Source: Convolutriloba macropyga | Lineage: Eukaryota | Length of the DNA stretch: 64,000 bases | Assembly (NCBI RefSeq): GCF_964194025.1 | Contig: NC_134470.1 | Coordinates: 65,038,001 to 65,102,000, forward strand | Direction: 5' to 3' | In this document: positions 23,955 through 36,706 of the stretch, one piece after another | Position numbering within the stretch: the first letter of the stretch is position 1 | Layout: the number at the start of each line of letters is the position of its first letter | Notes under the pieces: generated by a model | Databases searched by the model: none | Told to the model about the DNA's origin: nothing | What the model saw: the letters and a program-made list of their open reading frames with translations, nothing else | Translations under genes and position numbers: made by a program

Positions 23955-25074
23955 CCCCAATGATTGTGGAATTTTTATCGTGTAAGGTCTGACAAATTTC
24001 TGACAAAACCATCCTGCTAATAGCCTGTAAGGGGATGCATCTTCTTATCAGATCTGATAAGACGTTTATCAGATCTTATACGATAAAAAATCCTATTATA
24101 AGATCTTACACGATAAAAATTCCTCTTATAAGATCTTACACGATAAAAATTCCTCTTATAAGATCTTACACGATAAAAATTCCTCTTATAAGATCTTACA
24201 CGATAAAAATTCCTCTTATAAGATCTTACACGATAAAAATTCCTCTTATAAGATCTTACACGATAAAAATTCCTCTTATAAGATCTTACACGATAAAAAT
24301 TCCTCTTATAAGATCTTACACGATAAAAATTCCTCTTATAAGATCTTACACGATAAAAATTCCGTCTTATCAGATCTTACACGATAAAAATTTCCTCTTA
24401 TATAAATTCCTGAAGTATGGTATATGCTCCATATTGAAGACAATTCAGAGTTGCTCTCAAGCAGTAGCCTAAAAACTACAGCATGCAACACTTAAGTGTC
24501 AGAGCAACAAAGAGAAAAATATCTTATACTGTCTTTTAAGACTTATAAGATATTGTAAAAAAAGATTATTTGAGTGGCAGGGGCTTTGTCCGAAGCGGTG
24601 ATTATCAAACAAGGCTGAAGATTTTTTTTTCAAAAACCAAAACTGGACTGCTAAGTTTAGCCATAGTACCCAGTTAGGACTCACAATAAAACTGCCGCCA
24701 AAACAGAATCAACAAGCACTTTTGTGTTTCATAATTGGTTAGCTGACTGATTATTTTTTTACTTTCATAGGACCTTGACTACGTTATACGGTTATATTGA
24801 AATAATTAAATTATGTCATATCAGATCTTACACGATAAAAATTCCGTCTTATCAGATCTTACGCGATAAAAATTCTGATAAGAGGAATGTTTATCTTATA
24901 AGATGTCTTGTCAGATCTTATACGATAAAAATTTCTCTTACCAGAATTTTTATCGTGTAAGATCCGATAAGAGGAATTTTTATCGTGTCAGATCTGATTA
25001 TATCTTACACGATAAAAATTCTTAGTCAGCATCTTGTCAGATCTTACACGATAAAAGTTCCAGAATCACTGGGG
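23955..25074. mobile_element. Non-autonomous TIR DNA transposon, family C
   Basis: ~41-bp TIR CCCCA(A/G)TGATT(G/C)TGGAA..TTTATCGTGTAAG, 2-bp TSD TG, internal minisatellite, and a palindrome at 24821-24997. Confidence 0.85.
24071..24401 (+). repeat. 30-bp minisatellite (AGATCTTACACGATAAAAATTCCTCTTATA, ~11 units)
   Basis: Eight perfect units at 24101-24340 with variant units on either side. Confidence 0.95.
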
Positions 25075-28000
25075 TGGACACTTCCAGTTGAGGCCACTAC
25101 TCAAAAATGTACCTGTCCTTATAAGAAACAAATTTATTAGAGCTAAGAATTTTTTAGCAATTTTCTGTTTGTATTTGTACCTTGTTAAGTCCAACAATTT
25201 GATTTGCTCGAAGCGTAAAAATAGAAACGAAACAATGGGGAATGAAACAACAAATTTTTTTCTCTTATCTTTTTTGCATGTGTCATAAACTATAATGAGA
25301 GAGTCTGGAGCTTTCTCTGTACGGATCGTTATAATGAACGTCCGCTACTAAATCAGACTAAAAACGCAAATTTATAAATGCCCTTGACTTCTGGAATTTT
25401 AATCTTCCAAAAGTCTTTATTTCCATAACCTGTCAGAGAAAGATCAGATAATAATTCGAATATTAAACTTTTTTAAAACAAGCTGGGGAATACTGAGATG
25501 TCATTCTGTTTCATTGTCATCTTAGGCTAAAGATAAATTAGCCAAGGATACCTGAAATGTTTTCATGCTAAATTGAGTTCAATTGACTTCAAGCGCCGAA
25601 ATGAGAACACTTCCAGATGACACAAACAAATTACACTTGATGAAAATGTTCTTCACAATGATTGTTCCAACGAATTCTTTTGAAACACTTGTATAGCAGA
25701 AACACCAAATCTTGAAATTTTTGGTGATTTTGATTTTAATAGAAAAAATAATCTCGCAGAAAAGTAATCAAGTGGACCACCATCTCCAGAGGAAAACAAT
25801 CCAAAAATTTTAAATAAAGCGAAAACTTTTATGTTCAATTCCACTTATGTAAATTATGGAAAAAGTTTCTCCGATTGATTGATAAGGTAAATATATTTGT
25901 GCTCTCACATTATAAGAGTGGAAGTGAACTTGGTATTACAAAACTACAGACAAAAGCATAAAAAAATGCGGCTGCAAATGTTTTTTTTTGGTGGCTCAGT
26001 TTTTATCGAAATTATTACACAGTCTTAAAAATTTGGGGTTTAAGATCGCCTCGTTCAAAAATGCTATACCTATACCGTGATATTTACCTCAAGTGCCTTC
26101 AGACATCAAAATTGGTATATTTGAGCCTTGTAAAGTTTTTCTTGTAGAATTATATATTGTAGGATTAAAACGGAGATCTGATGAGACAAAAATACCAATT
26201 AGAAAATGGGTATCTGAAAAAATGCCAAAGTCTATGTCAGTTGAAGTTAATTGCAAATCAAAATAAAATTACACGACTTTGGTTGGCAACTAAACAGAAA
26301 GTTTTTTTTACAAAAAAGGTAAATTTATCGGAAAAAATGCAAATAGTAGAAAAAATTGCTAGATGAAATATAATTTTCTCACAGTTTGTGTACAAACTCA
26401 AAATCTCTCTGATATGATTTTTTGACCAAACAAGCGGATGAAATTTAGGAGATCAAACAAAAAAGTGTTCAGGAATAAGAAATGAAGAAAAATGGCCAAC
26501 AATTTTTTTAGGCGAAGCATGGTTGTAAAGATAAAAGATATATGGTTATAGAAGATAAAAAGATTAGTATCATCAGCAATAAAGAAAGCATCTAATAACC
26601 AATTAGAATAACTCGTTCACAGCTCAATTACCGCTATATAAAACTCTGCTTATGATTTTTCCCTCTTCGATTTTTTTTCTTTTTCCCATTGACTGTTTTT
26701 ATTGTTTTCTTGAGCAATAGTTGTTTAAAACCATTCTCGGCAAAAAAATAAAACTTAAAAAGCCTGGAGACCCCAAAACGCATAACCATGCGTATTCTGA
26801 AAAAAACCTCTAAATTATGTAATACTAAGCACATTTTTGACGGCCGAAGTGAAAACTTAAACTGAAATCTATGAAACTCACTCGAAGCTTATACTGATTT
26901 AAAATTCTGTTGGCTGATTACTGACAAAAACCTGTGTAATCTTCAATACGTTGTGGAAAAATATCAAGACAAAATTATGTAATACATATAGAAAAATATA
27001 GCTAAAATGTGAAATTCTTTTCATTTTCTTAAAATTACCCACCCTTTTGGACTCCAGCCAGAACAACTGATATCAAAATGCGATGACTATATTTTTATCC
27101 AATTGTTTCACGTGATAGCTACAGCAATAAAATCACCGAGAAAACGAACGCAAAAGGAACGAAGACTAAATGTTTTTTCTTGACAAAGTTTTGCTCAAGT
27201 TGCAATGCCTCCGCAATGTTCTAGGGAGACATTTGTTGCGCGCCAAAGTGTTTCTTTTCTTTTAAAATAAGAAACTGCCCCGCATACATTTAAGGGCTCA
27301 ATAAAAAAGCTTGAGCAATTAATCTGAGGCAATCTGGAGCTCACAATTGGCAAAAAGGATGCCATAAAAATCCAAAAATTGACAGAAAAAAAGACAAATC
27401 AAACTTCAATTTCCCATTTCCTTTAACAGAACCAAAAGAAAATCATTACTCATTGAAAAAGCTCACAAAGCTCCCAAGAATTACCAATAGCATTCAAGAA
27501 CAAGCGTCATATATCAATCCATTTTGGAAAAAAACGGCATGTTAAAAACTTAAGAAAATGCTTCAAAATTGCCTCAAGTAAACAAAAAGATAGCTCCTTC
27601 AGCAAAAAAAATTCAGACCTAATTTTTTCCTTTTCTCTCAAAATAATACAGGAACGAATACCTACATTGTTTTCCTCTCATTCTTTTCTCTGCCTGTAAC
27701 TTTTGTTCACAGTTTGACCTAAATACCGGTTTTCCAGCGTAACCTTATCTTTAGCATCCTGCTTCAAAATAAGTCGAACCGACTTCAAATAGCAACTGAC
27801 GATGGTTTTAGCTAATTCTTCATTTAAATAGCCGATAGACTTTTTGAATTGCGAAGACAGAGAAGAGGGGAAAATTAATAACAAAAAGGTTTTTGTTACC
27901 ACAAATCTCTCTAAGAAGAAGGTGGCTATTAAATATAACCATATTGATGGTCTTTGTTTGATTACAAATAGTTCTATAGAGGCGTTTACCAATTTTCGTG

Positions 28001-30599
28001 TTTTTGTGTTAGTTCATTGTTATTATTACTCGTGTTCCCTCTAATGTTCTCGTGACAATTGTCATGTCGTTTGAAGCGGATTGCAGCCACCCGACGCCTT
28101 CTGGAGTCTAGAAATCTCGTCGAGTTGGTACCATTCATTCCCCATCAGTTTTACCCTTATTATTTAACGCCCTCCCTCATCAACCACTCCGATACTATTT
28201 CTCCAAGCAAATTAATTTAAAATACGTTGTTAATTAAGCTAACATCAGCTTAACTGCGCCATTAAAGGACTCATTATGCCCCGCTCATCAATATAAACTT
28301 CCAGAGCAGCCAGCGGTCTCCTGGCGAAAATTTCCCCCGGTCGTCATCTCCGCTGTTGTACTTTTTTTTGACCTTGCAAAAAAAAATTGACCTTGCAAAT
28401 TTTTGTGGCATAGATTTGTAAGATAGCACCACCGCATACTATTTTGGGCAAATTGAGGTCATTTTAACATGGGTTTTTGCATGGGTATCTTCCAATGAGG
28501 GTTACATACAGCATTTTGGTGCAAGCTGCAGCCAATTATCTGCAGAACTGCAGAACTAAATAGCTGCAGTTTTTTTCGCTACCGATACGAGATTATTACT
28601 CAGCGTTTGAGACCATAGCGCAAATCATACTTCTGATACAAATGAGCTTGGTCTTGGTGTAAATGTGGTAGAATATGTAAATGTTGCAACCTCCAACCTT
28701 TTTGGGGTTTGGGAACTTTAGGCTAACCTGGGTGTTTGTCAATTTTGTCAATTTTGGCCAATATCTTTGCAGAGAGACACAAAAATGATACCATTGAAAA
28801 GCTCCCTAAAACTGAAACCATCCGTCGAACGATTTCCAATACTTTCCATTTCCGAAACTACAAAGCAGGCTCCAACTTTTTGAAATTAATTCACCATTCC
28901 GACTTCTTTGAAAATGTATATCTCCAAATTGCCTAACAAAAAATACTAAAAAACAGAATTGAATGAAAAACCTAGAATGCAAGGTTAAACTATAGGAAAT
29001 CTACAGTAAAACGGCAATTTGAAAAATTATATCAAGAGTGCAAAGCTAAAATATATCAAATCTTGATTAAGAAAAGCGTTAAATATTTAGTAAAACATTT
29101 TTTTAGTAAAATAATAAATTGGAAAATTTTAGTTCAAGTCAACTTGAGTTGATATATACCTATGAAAGGTTTCCTATGGCTACATCTGTCTCTGATTGTG
29201 ATCTGGTTTTTAGAGTAGATATATCAAGCAGTTTTGTGGACAGTTCCAACTAATTACTTTAACTGAACAAAAAATTAGCCCATTTGTACTTTGAATTGAA
29301 CTTTCTCTACTTAAAAATGATGTTTAGAATCAGCAGCTACCTAAAAACGGAACTATATAAACTTTTCACCTTTAATGGACTAATTGATTAAACAAATTTA
29401 GCATTTCAATTTGGGGAGAATTGCGAATTACTTAATTCTAACAAAGTTTTACAAAGTTAAGCCTCGTTCAGCTTTCTAATCATAACAAAAAGGCTCGGTA
29501 ATGTGCGTTCGCACAAAATGTTCTGACACCGCTAAACCGGATTTTTCGCATAAATGTCTACTAAATGTGGAACAGATAGAAAACCACCAAAAAATCAAGT
29601 ATTTTTGAAAAAATGGTGCATGAACAAAAAGATCGCCTCCAACGCAATTAATTCAGGGGAGTAACAAATGCCCCAGTAGATTATTGAGTATTGCCATTTT
29701 TTAAGAACGCGAGTCAGGACAAACAACAAAATCAAGCAACAACAACCGACATTAATTATATCCAAAACATTGTTCAATTTAGAAAAAAATAATGAAGCCG
29801 AAATAGCGCCAGATAAAACTGAAATCAAAGAAAACAGTTTCAATTAATTCCTTAGAAAAAATATGGGAGCAGTCCATTATAAGGCTCGTTAACAATTAGA
29901 CCAGAAAGAACAAAAACTTCAAAGTTAACAAGTTCGCTTATATTTTTAAAGTTATAGTTTTCAATGTAATGAAAATGATTGAATATCAACCGAAAAAATT
30001 CAGCATGTTTAGGATCACCTAAAACTTCATAAGAGGGCCTTAATATTTGTTTTTATTAATCTTTTTAGCGGTTACAAAAAGAACAACAAATAGTGACAAC
30101 AAACAGAAGTTCTGTTAGAACTTGTAAGAAAACGCTATCGAAGTCGTAAAGCCAAATTTTGGCCTTCAAAATATGTTAGATTGCACTTTTTTATTAACCA
30201 GATTATGCAATGTGACCTATCATCAATCAGACTAAGTATCAAGAAGGCAAAAAAGAGAAAAAGGCAAAATTGAGATATACTTTTGTTTTTTTTTTGGAAA
30301 AAATTACATTCAAAGTTATGAAAGCAATTAGCTACGAAATCAAATATCCAAATACGTTCATTTAGTCGTTCAAAGTCAGCCCTGAAGCCCTGTAATTATT
30401 CAGAATATGTCTTACATGTACAAAATTTTTATCAAATATAGATAAAAATCAAAAATTAATTCTTTTTTCTTTTGCGAAAAACTGGTTTCGTAGCCAGAAA
30501 AGTCATAACGACTTATTTAAAAAACATTAGAATTTGTACAAAATTTTGATCAAAACATCCCTTGTTGCAAATAATGTCAAATGTGATCTGTAAATAACA

Positions 30600-31757
30600 A
30601 GACTAGGTAACAAACAGAGAAAAAATGACAAAGTTGCGAAATTAGAAAAAAATTAAAGAGTTCAATTTAATTCTTCGAGAAAGTAGTGTCCAAGCCGTTA
30701 AAACCATAATCTATATCTCAAAAGAATTTGATATGTTCAGTTTTGCCTCAAAATGGGCGCCAATGATGCAAAATGTGAACTGTTAATATTGTGATAGTGT
30801 CAAAAAACGAAAAAAAATCTGAAAAATGGGCTAATGGGCTAAGGCCTAGCAACAAAAAAAAGAAAACTAGTAGTATCACAGCCAGAAAGCCCCCACTTTC
30901 ATATGAAACCCCCACAAAGATTAAATTTTAATTGATTTGAAAGAAAAAGCATCTTTTTTTTTGCTGACACTATGCAAGAGATTGACCAAATTAATAGAAA
31001 AGTAGTGGAAAATTCAATAAATCATTGTTTGTTCAAAACCCAAATGTTTTTAAAAGTCAAAGCCACCGTAAGTTTTCGAGTATAAGAGAAGATACATTAT
31101 TTTAGAGTAGTTTAGGAATGCAATTGAGAAACTGACCTATCACCAGTGAGCTTTGATTTGAGTTTTTCTGTTATTGAACAATCATAAAAAAGATCGAACT
31201 TTTTTCAAAAGACCGACTGATTAAAGTCCGAATTATCTTTGGATTGTAACAGTTCAAGAGTGGACGAAAACTAGCCGTGTCAGCACTTTTTGTGATTTGA
31301 GGACACTTAATTGTTTTGAATATTTTTTCTATAGATATAAATAATTTATGATTTATATCTAATGTAAAAAGTCTGAACTTTCAAATATTTAGCCAAAACT
31401 CTAACCAAAGAAATTAAATGAAAAATCAGCAATACTTTTTTTGAAAAAATGCAAATGCAATCAAGAACACAATTGTGGACAAGTTTAACATATCTTACTA
31501 AAATTGACAAAATTTTAGGCAAAAGTTCCATAAAATGTGAATGAAGTTAACGCAAATAATTCTAAAGTTCACAAATATTTTAACCTCGATAACTCGCTCG
31601 AGAAAACGAAATTCTAAAAAAAATGTAATTCCATATTCTTTTTAATGATACCAATCGCAACTCTCTACTATGAATATATCGATCCGCCAAAATTGTCTGA
31701 ACAAAAAAAGCCCATTTGAGTATATAGTTCCTCCCCCCCTCAAGAGGGGACGGAACA
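30600..31757 (-). mobile_element. Decayed copy of the TGTTCCGACCC-terminus repeat family (family D)
   Basis: 31580-31757 matches 45125-45306 and the reverse complement of 45849-46045. 30660-30725 matches the reverse complement of the internal subrepeat at ~46550-46620. Left boundary uncertain. Confidence 0.55.
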
Positions 31758-33267
31758 AAAAAAATTTTATTGATCAACTAATTCAGCTCTTTTTGTTTAT
31801 TTCTTTTGATAAATAGTAAAGCAACTGTTCGTCGATTTGGACTCAAAAATGTTCCTCAAGTAGACGTTATAGTTAGAAAAGAACTGACGGAAACCTTTTT
31901 ATCTTTTTTATTTGTTCATCTTCCTTTGTAGAATATTGAGATTCCAACAAGAAAATTTTGGAAAATATTTAGATTGAATTCAAATTTACTATTCAAAAAT
32001 TTGGGCAGCGTTGAAGCCTAAAGGAACGTAAAGATTAGCAATTCGGAGATAATTATTTCACAGACTATATATTTCTTGCTACATGCTTGCTATATAATGG
32101 ATGTTCATTTTTTACTGATTTTATTCTTCCCTAATACCCTCCTGACTCTTGAAAACGAAATGGTTTTGCAATAGGTCGGAACACTTTATTTGCGAATCAG
32201 AGATGGTGTCAGTCCCCCTTGTCCACGATATATCTCAACAGTGTTTTTGAGAAGTTAGGATTTTAGTTAGGATGATGTAATAGTGAAATTGGGCAATTGC
32301 TAGGCAAAACTAAGCTAACATCTGGTGATAATCAACTTCTTTAAAGGGTTGAAACTAAGAGATTTTTTCACAGTTAACAATATTTTTTCTTTTTCTCATA
32401 AAAATAAAAGACTGCCGTCGAATTACTTTGACAGGCGCAGGCGAGTGGTTGCCGTTGGTTGTAGTTAGCATAAGCACAGGGATGATATCTTCAGAGGTTG
32501 AGGATAGAAGCGGAGGGTTGTCAAAAAGTGTGGATGAAAAAAATAGAGGGAGGCTCCGGTCCATAATCGCCCCTTGAATCAAAACTATCTGCCGCATTCT
32601 TTCCTCAGCAGCTTTGGTGAATTGTATACATAGAGACTACTAAAACTTTAAGAAAGCTTCTCAGACTTTTTCCACCAGTTCCTCTCGTTTTTAAAGGCAG
32701 AAAACCGTTTCTCACATCTTCCGGTTAAGAAGGCAAAGACTGTCAAAAAAACTTTTTCACAAAAGAAAATATGCACTTTTGCAATAATTGTCCCAAAAAT
32801 CCTTTGAGAGCGTTTGAAAGAAATCGCTTGTTCCGTTGACAACAGAAAGTTTTAATTCAAGTTTCCTTTTTTTCGAAATTTTTTACTGGTATTAATGACT
32901 GGAAGGAGATAACACCAGCGTCCAGGCATTTGATTAGACTTTTTGCAGCCTTTTGAAATCAACTTCCAGAAATGGGCTTCTGAACAGACTCTTGAGTACC
33001 TTTATAACCAGGCCATTTCCAAGGAATTCAAGAATTTGTCCTTATATCAGACTAATTTGAGCTCTATTCAGACCCTTGTCCGCACATTGACAAGGTTGTT
33101 AAGCAGTGCTCCAAGGCCATGCAAATACTAGGGTTTAACTTGGTTCTGGGGTGATGAAATGTCAATTGATAGTTATTATTTTAGCCTCCACAGTATTTGA
33201 GCATAATCATACAGGCAGAACTCAACTGTTTTGATGACAATGATCCACGAAGGCAATCAGCACTTAC

Positions 33268-33484
33268 CCTCTTTTCCCCTCCTGTATACACCCATTGAAG
33301 TTTGTCTCATCAGAGAATGTGCGAGTGGACACTTGTACATCGAAGCTCTTCCCAGGAGCAATGTCGAAAGAGTAGCTCTTATCCCACGTGTTGAACACTG
33401 TCTTCTCTGGGTCATACAGAAATACCTGGATTGATGCCCCTCCTCCCACGTCATAGTAGCCAATCCCCTCGTCCATCATGAAGT
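33268..33484 (-). CDS. DEG/ENaC channel, coding exon 5 (palm/beta-ball)
   Basis: Acceptor TTTTCATCGCTTCAG, donor GTAAGT. DFMMDEG...ASIQVFLYDP...IAPGKSFDVQVS resembles ASIC DIQQDEY...GIKVQIH...VAPG. Confidence 0.88.
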
Positions 33485-33600
33485 CTGAAGCGATGAAAAG
33501 CAGTGAAATTTAAGTTACCGAATTTTTCCTGACCGGAAAAATGGTCTGCTATCTTAAGTACAACTGATTCGCTTGTCGATGTTCCAAGAATATACCGTAG

Positions 33601-33938
33601 CCCAAGCTGAGGTCCCAGACCGAAGGTCGATATGTCCAGACCGCAATGAAGTCAGTAGGGGGTGTTGTGCGTTCAAAATTACACGGTCTGGAAAGAAAAA
33701 TGAACGCTCAAAAGTCTGGACATAGGAACGCACAAGAAGTTGAATTTGGAGCGCACAATTTTTGGGGTTGGAAGGAACGAAAATCTGAACATATGCTCTT
33801 TTAAACGCGGGAAAAAAGCACGAATATTAGTGAACAGAGTTTTTGTCTGGAACACTCTGAACATTGATATTTTCCGGTCCGTGTAATGTTCTGGGACGGT
33901 CTGAACATACCAATTTTTGGCCGGGTCATCAGCCTGGG
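33601..33938. mobile_element. Family A TIR element, short copy
   Basis: CCCAAGCTGAGGTCCCAGACC ... TCAGCCTGGG with 2-bp TSD AG; internal similarity to 8264-9258. Confidence 0.8.
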
Positions 33939-35653
33939 AGAAGCTACAAGAACGGTACCGTACTATTGTGTTGTTACAAGACCTTGAATGGTAACTGCCC
34001 AAGTTTAGGCCTCAAATTATAATGCTCGAAAACGCTCGACCAAAAGTGGTATGAAAAGAAAACGCTCGACTTAAATACTTCATGGAAAGACTTTATCTTG
34101 ATTCAAGTTTTTGCTGACCGATAAGTCGTATAAGATCCTGCAAGGTAAACGTTATTGGCGAGAAATTTGTAGATTTAGCATTAAAAACCAAAGGGTTAAA
34201 CCACTGCTTCATGATCCCAAAAACAAGACACGAAATCCGGAAATTTAAGTCATATCCCAAACAGTTTTAAAAATATCAGAAATTGCGAAAAATGCAAAAG
34301 TTGCTAAGATGAGAAGAGAAGAAGAGAAAAACCGGATCTTCAGACGGTAGCTCAGACGGAATAAAAATGAAAACATATAAAACAATAATCCTATTCACCT
34401 ATATTATACAAAATTTGATGTATAACGTTTCAGCGCAGGGAAAACAAACTTATTCAAAAGTTTTAACAAGGAAAAAAATTATGACTATTGATAATAGTTT
34501 CTATTGATCTAAAACAAATTTAGATTATTGATTATGATACAAATGTTTTGAAAACGAGTTTGCTGAAATATAAGTTAAAATTGTCAGTAAAATTGTCTCA
34601 AGTGTACTGGGAGTCAAAGAAATTTCTCGCAAAAAATCTATCTGAAAGAATGTGAATTATGCAAGCATCTGCGAGGGTTAGTTTGGGTAAAAACGGAAAA
34701 GGTCCTTATTTTCACCATTTCTTGAGTTCAGAGTATGAAATCTTATGAGTTGAATGACCTCTGTTAGCAGTCTTATTATATATCCAATAATTAAAAATAT
34801 ATTACTAGGTTCATTGCTGACGTGATTCTTACTCAATCTAAACATGATTCTAAATGATAAACCAACAGTCCATTAATTAGGTTTAGCCTCCCCCTCATTT
34901 CCGTCAATCTCATTAATTGCTTTCTTCTTTTTTTCGGTCAACTGAAGCAATCTGTTCAACTCCCTTCTCATTTAGTGGGTGGCTCGTAAGAGAACCAAAG
35001 TTAATTGAGCCGATTGAAAGAGAGCCGATAAATTTATTAAATTTATTAGTTGATCAATTAGGATAAATTTGACAGCCATATAGTTTGACTTCTGAAAAGA
35101 GACTATCGAATTCTCAGCCAAAGATAAAAGAGCATTTCAGAAGAGAAATTTTGTTTTGTTCTAGTAGAAGAAACTGAAAGCGAATTGATAAATGGTTATC
35201 TTGAGAATATTGCAGGCCATGGCCACGCCTCAAAACCGGACATACGACCAATTAACACAATTAGGTATTTCTCTTGGTAATCATCTAACAATTCAGGGAA
35301 ATAATAGACAATTTTCTGCTTTCGGCTCTTTTTAAAGTTATTGTGTCTTCGATTCTCTTTAAACTCGGCTTTTTACAACGTCGTCTCTTCTACACGTAAT
35401 CCATTGGGTGAGTCGAAAAGAGTAAATTAATAGAAAAGTTCTCTCTCATTGGTGTGACATATTACTTGGTGACGTACAACAATGCCGACGTATACAAGTG
35501 CCGATTGTTAGAGTGCCGAAAATTTATTCAATACCAGTTAATTATCAATTAAATTTTAGTGAACATTAATTTCAAAGCAAACAGTATCATTATTTCGGTT
35601 GTGATAGAGTTGAATCAAGTCCCACGAACCTATGAAGCACAACCATAGTCCTC

Positions 35654-35972
35654 AATTATTGTTGTTTGCATTAAATTTATCTCACCCCAAATATCTTGTC
35701 CTTGCAAATAATGCTTAATCTTAATCCAAAGTCTCACCAATTCATTGCAATTGGATCAGTATTTTTGCGCTCGTTCAAGTTGAAGTGGTGTGATCGGTTT
35801 AAAAATTTCAGATCACTTCAATGAAAAATGTCTAAACCAATCAGTTCACTTCAACTGAAATGAGCGCGAAAATTCTGAACCAATTGCAATGAAGTCGTGA
35901 GATAATGGATTGTTTTTATTTATTAGGACAGGATATTCGGAGTGAGGTACATTTAATGCAAACAATAATATT
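35654..35972. repeat. Imperfect palindrome (foldback MITE-like), ~150-bp arms
   Basis: Left-arm motifs TTGTTTGCATTAAAT..CTCAC, TTCATTGCAATTGG and GCGCTC..AGTTGAAGTG recur as reverse complements in mirror order in the right arm. Confidence 0.8.
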
Positions 35973-36140
35973 AGTCATTCTGCAAGCCTAATACTCAATT
36001 TTTTTCTACTTATATTTGGATCTCCCAGCAAACCAATGAAAATATGGTTTCTACCGAAGAGAAACGACATATATAATCCTCCATATCTTAAAAACATTGG
36101 ATAAATGAAATTACGTCAATATAATATTGGGTGTACGGAC

Positions 36141-36285
36141 CAAGTAACAGGGTCAGTTTCTGCTGCGGGTGACTGATGGTTCTATCTGAAGGCGCAAACT
36201 CATGGCAGTACACGTTCTTAGTCCGTCTTAAGCTCCATTCTTTTTCGTTGACACAGTCTCGTCCCTTCCACTGACACATCAGAAC
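36141..36285 (-). CDS. DEG/ENaC channel, coding exon 4
   Basis: VLMCQWKGRDC...YCHEF...KLTLLL matches the family CxFxGxxC / CxxF / LxLxL pattern. Boundaries were inferred from phase (weak AAG acceptor and GTCCGT donor). Confidence 0.78.
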
Positions 36286-36578
36286 CTTTAACGTACCATC
36301 AATAGGGACTCTTTTTAGACCTGAATTGGTTCAAATATACCACAAGTAAATTTACTCGGAACAGTAGGTGAAATCTATTTTACAATTATATTCGAGTATG
36401 AGAGAGAGAGAATATTTCAAATCAGATTTCGACAAGCAACTATTGCCATATTAGGAAACTGAAAACGATGGGGGGCAAGCCACCCTAGACTTCAAACTGT
36501 GACAAATTTATCTATAAGCAGCATTCATCTATAACTGTTAGGTAGTTTTGGTTGAAGATTTACAGGGTATGATTTTAC

Positions 36579-36706
36579 CTGTTGTTGAAGGGGAGCTGTG
36601 ACCAGTAAGTACATGAGCTCAAGGTCAAATAAACCCATGATGTCATCCTCGACGTATTTAGGGTCGTAATGCTGCTCAACGGTAGCCGCAAGTGTCTCAC
36701 GGTATC
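36579..36706 (-). CDS. DEG/ENaC channel, coding exon 3 (finger region; absent from ORF track)
   Basis: TTTTCAG acceptor and CAG/GTAAAA donor; open frame RYRETLAATVEQHYDPKYVEDDIMGLFDLELMYLLVTAPLQQQ. Phases 1 and 0 fit exons 2 and 4. Confidence 0.78.

Noticed and set aside
24071-24401. CRISPR-like 30-bp repeats
   Set aside because: The repeats are head-to-tail with no spacers, there are no cas genes, and the context is eukaryotic.
24035-24472. 145-aa ORF of IRSYTIKIPL repeats
   Set aside because: It is a translation of the 30-bp minisatellite inside a TIR element.
32600-33230. Coding-looking intronic stretch with short ORFs
   Set aside because: Multiple stops and no recognisable domain or consistent splice frame.
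36286-36322. Stronger CAG acceptor 35 nt upstream of exon 4
   Set aside because: It would frameshift relative to exon 3; the AAG site gives LQQQVLMC, matching family spacing.
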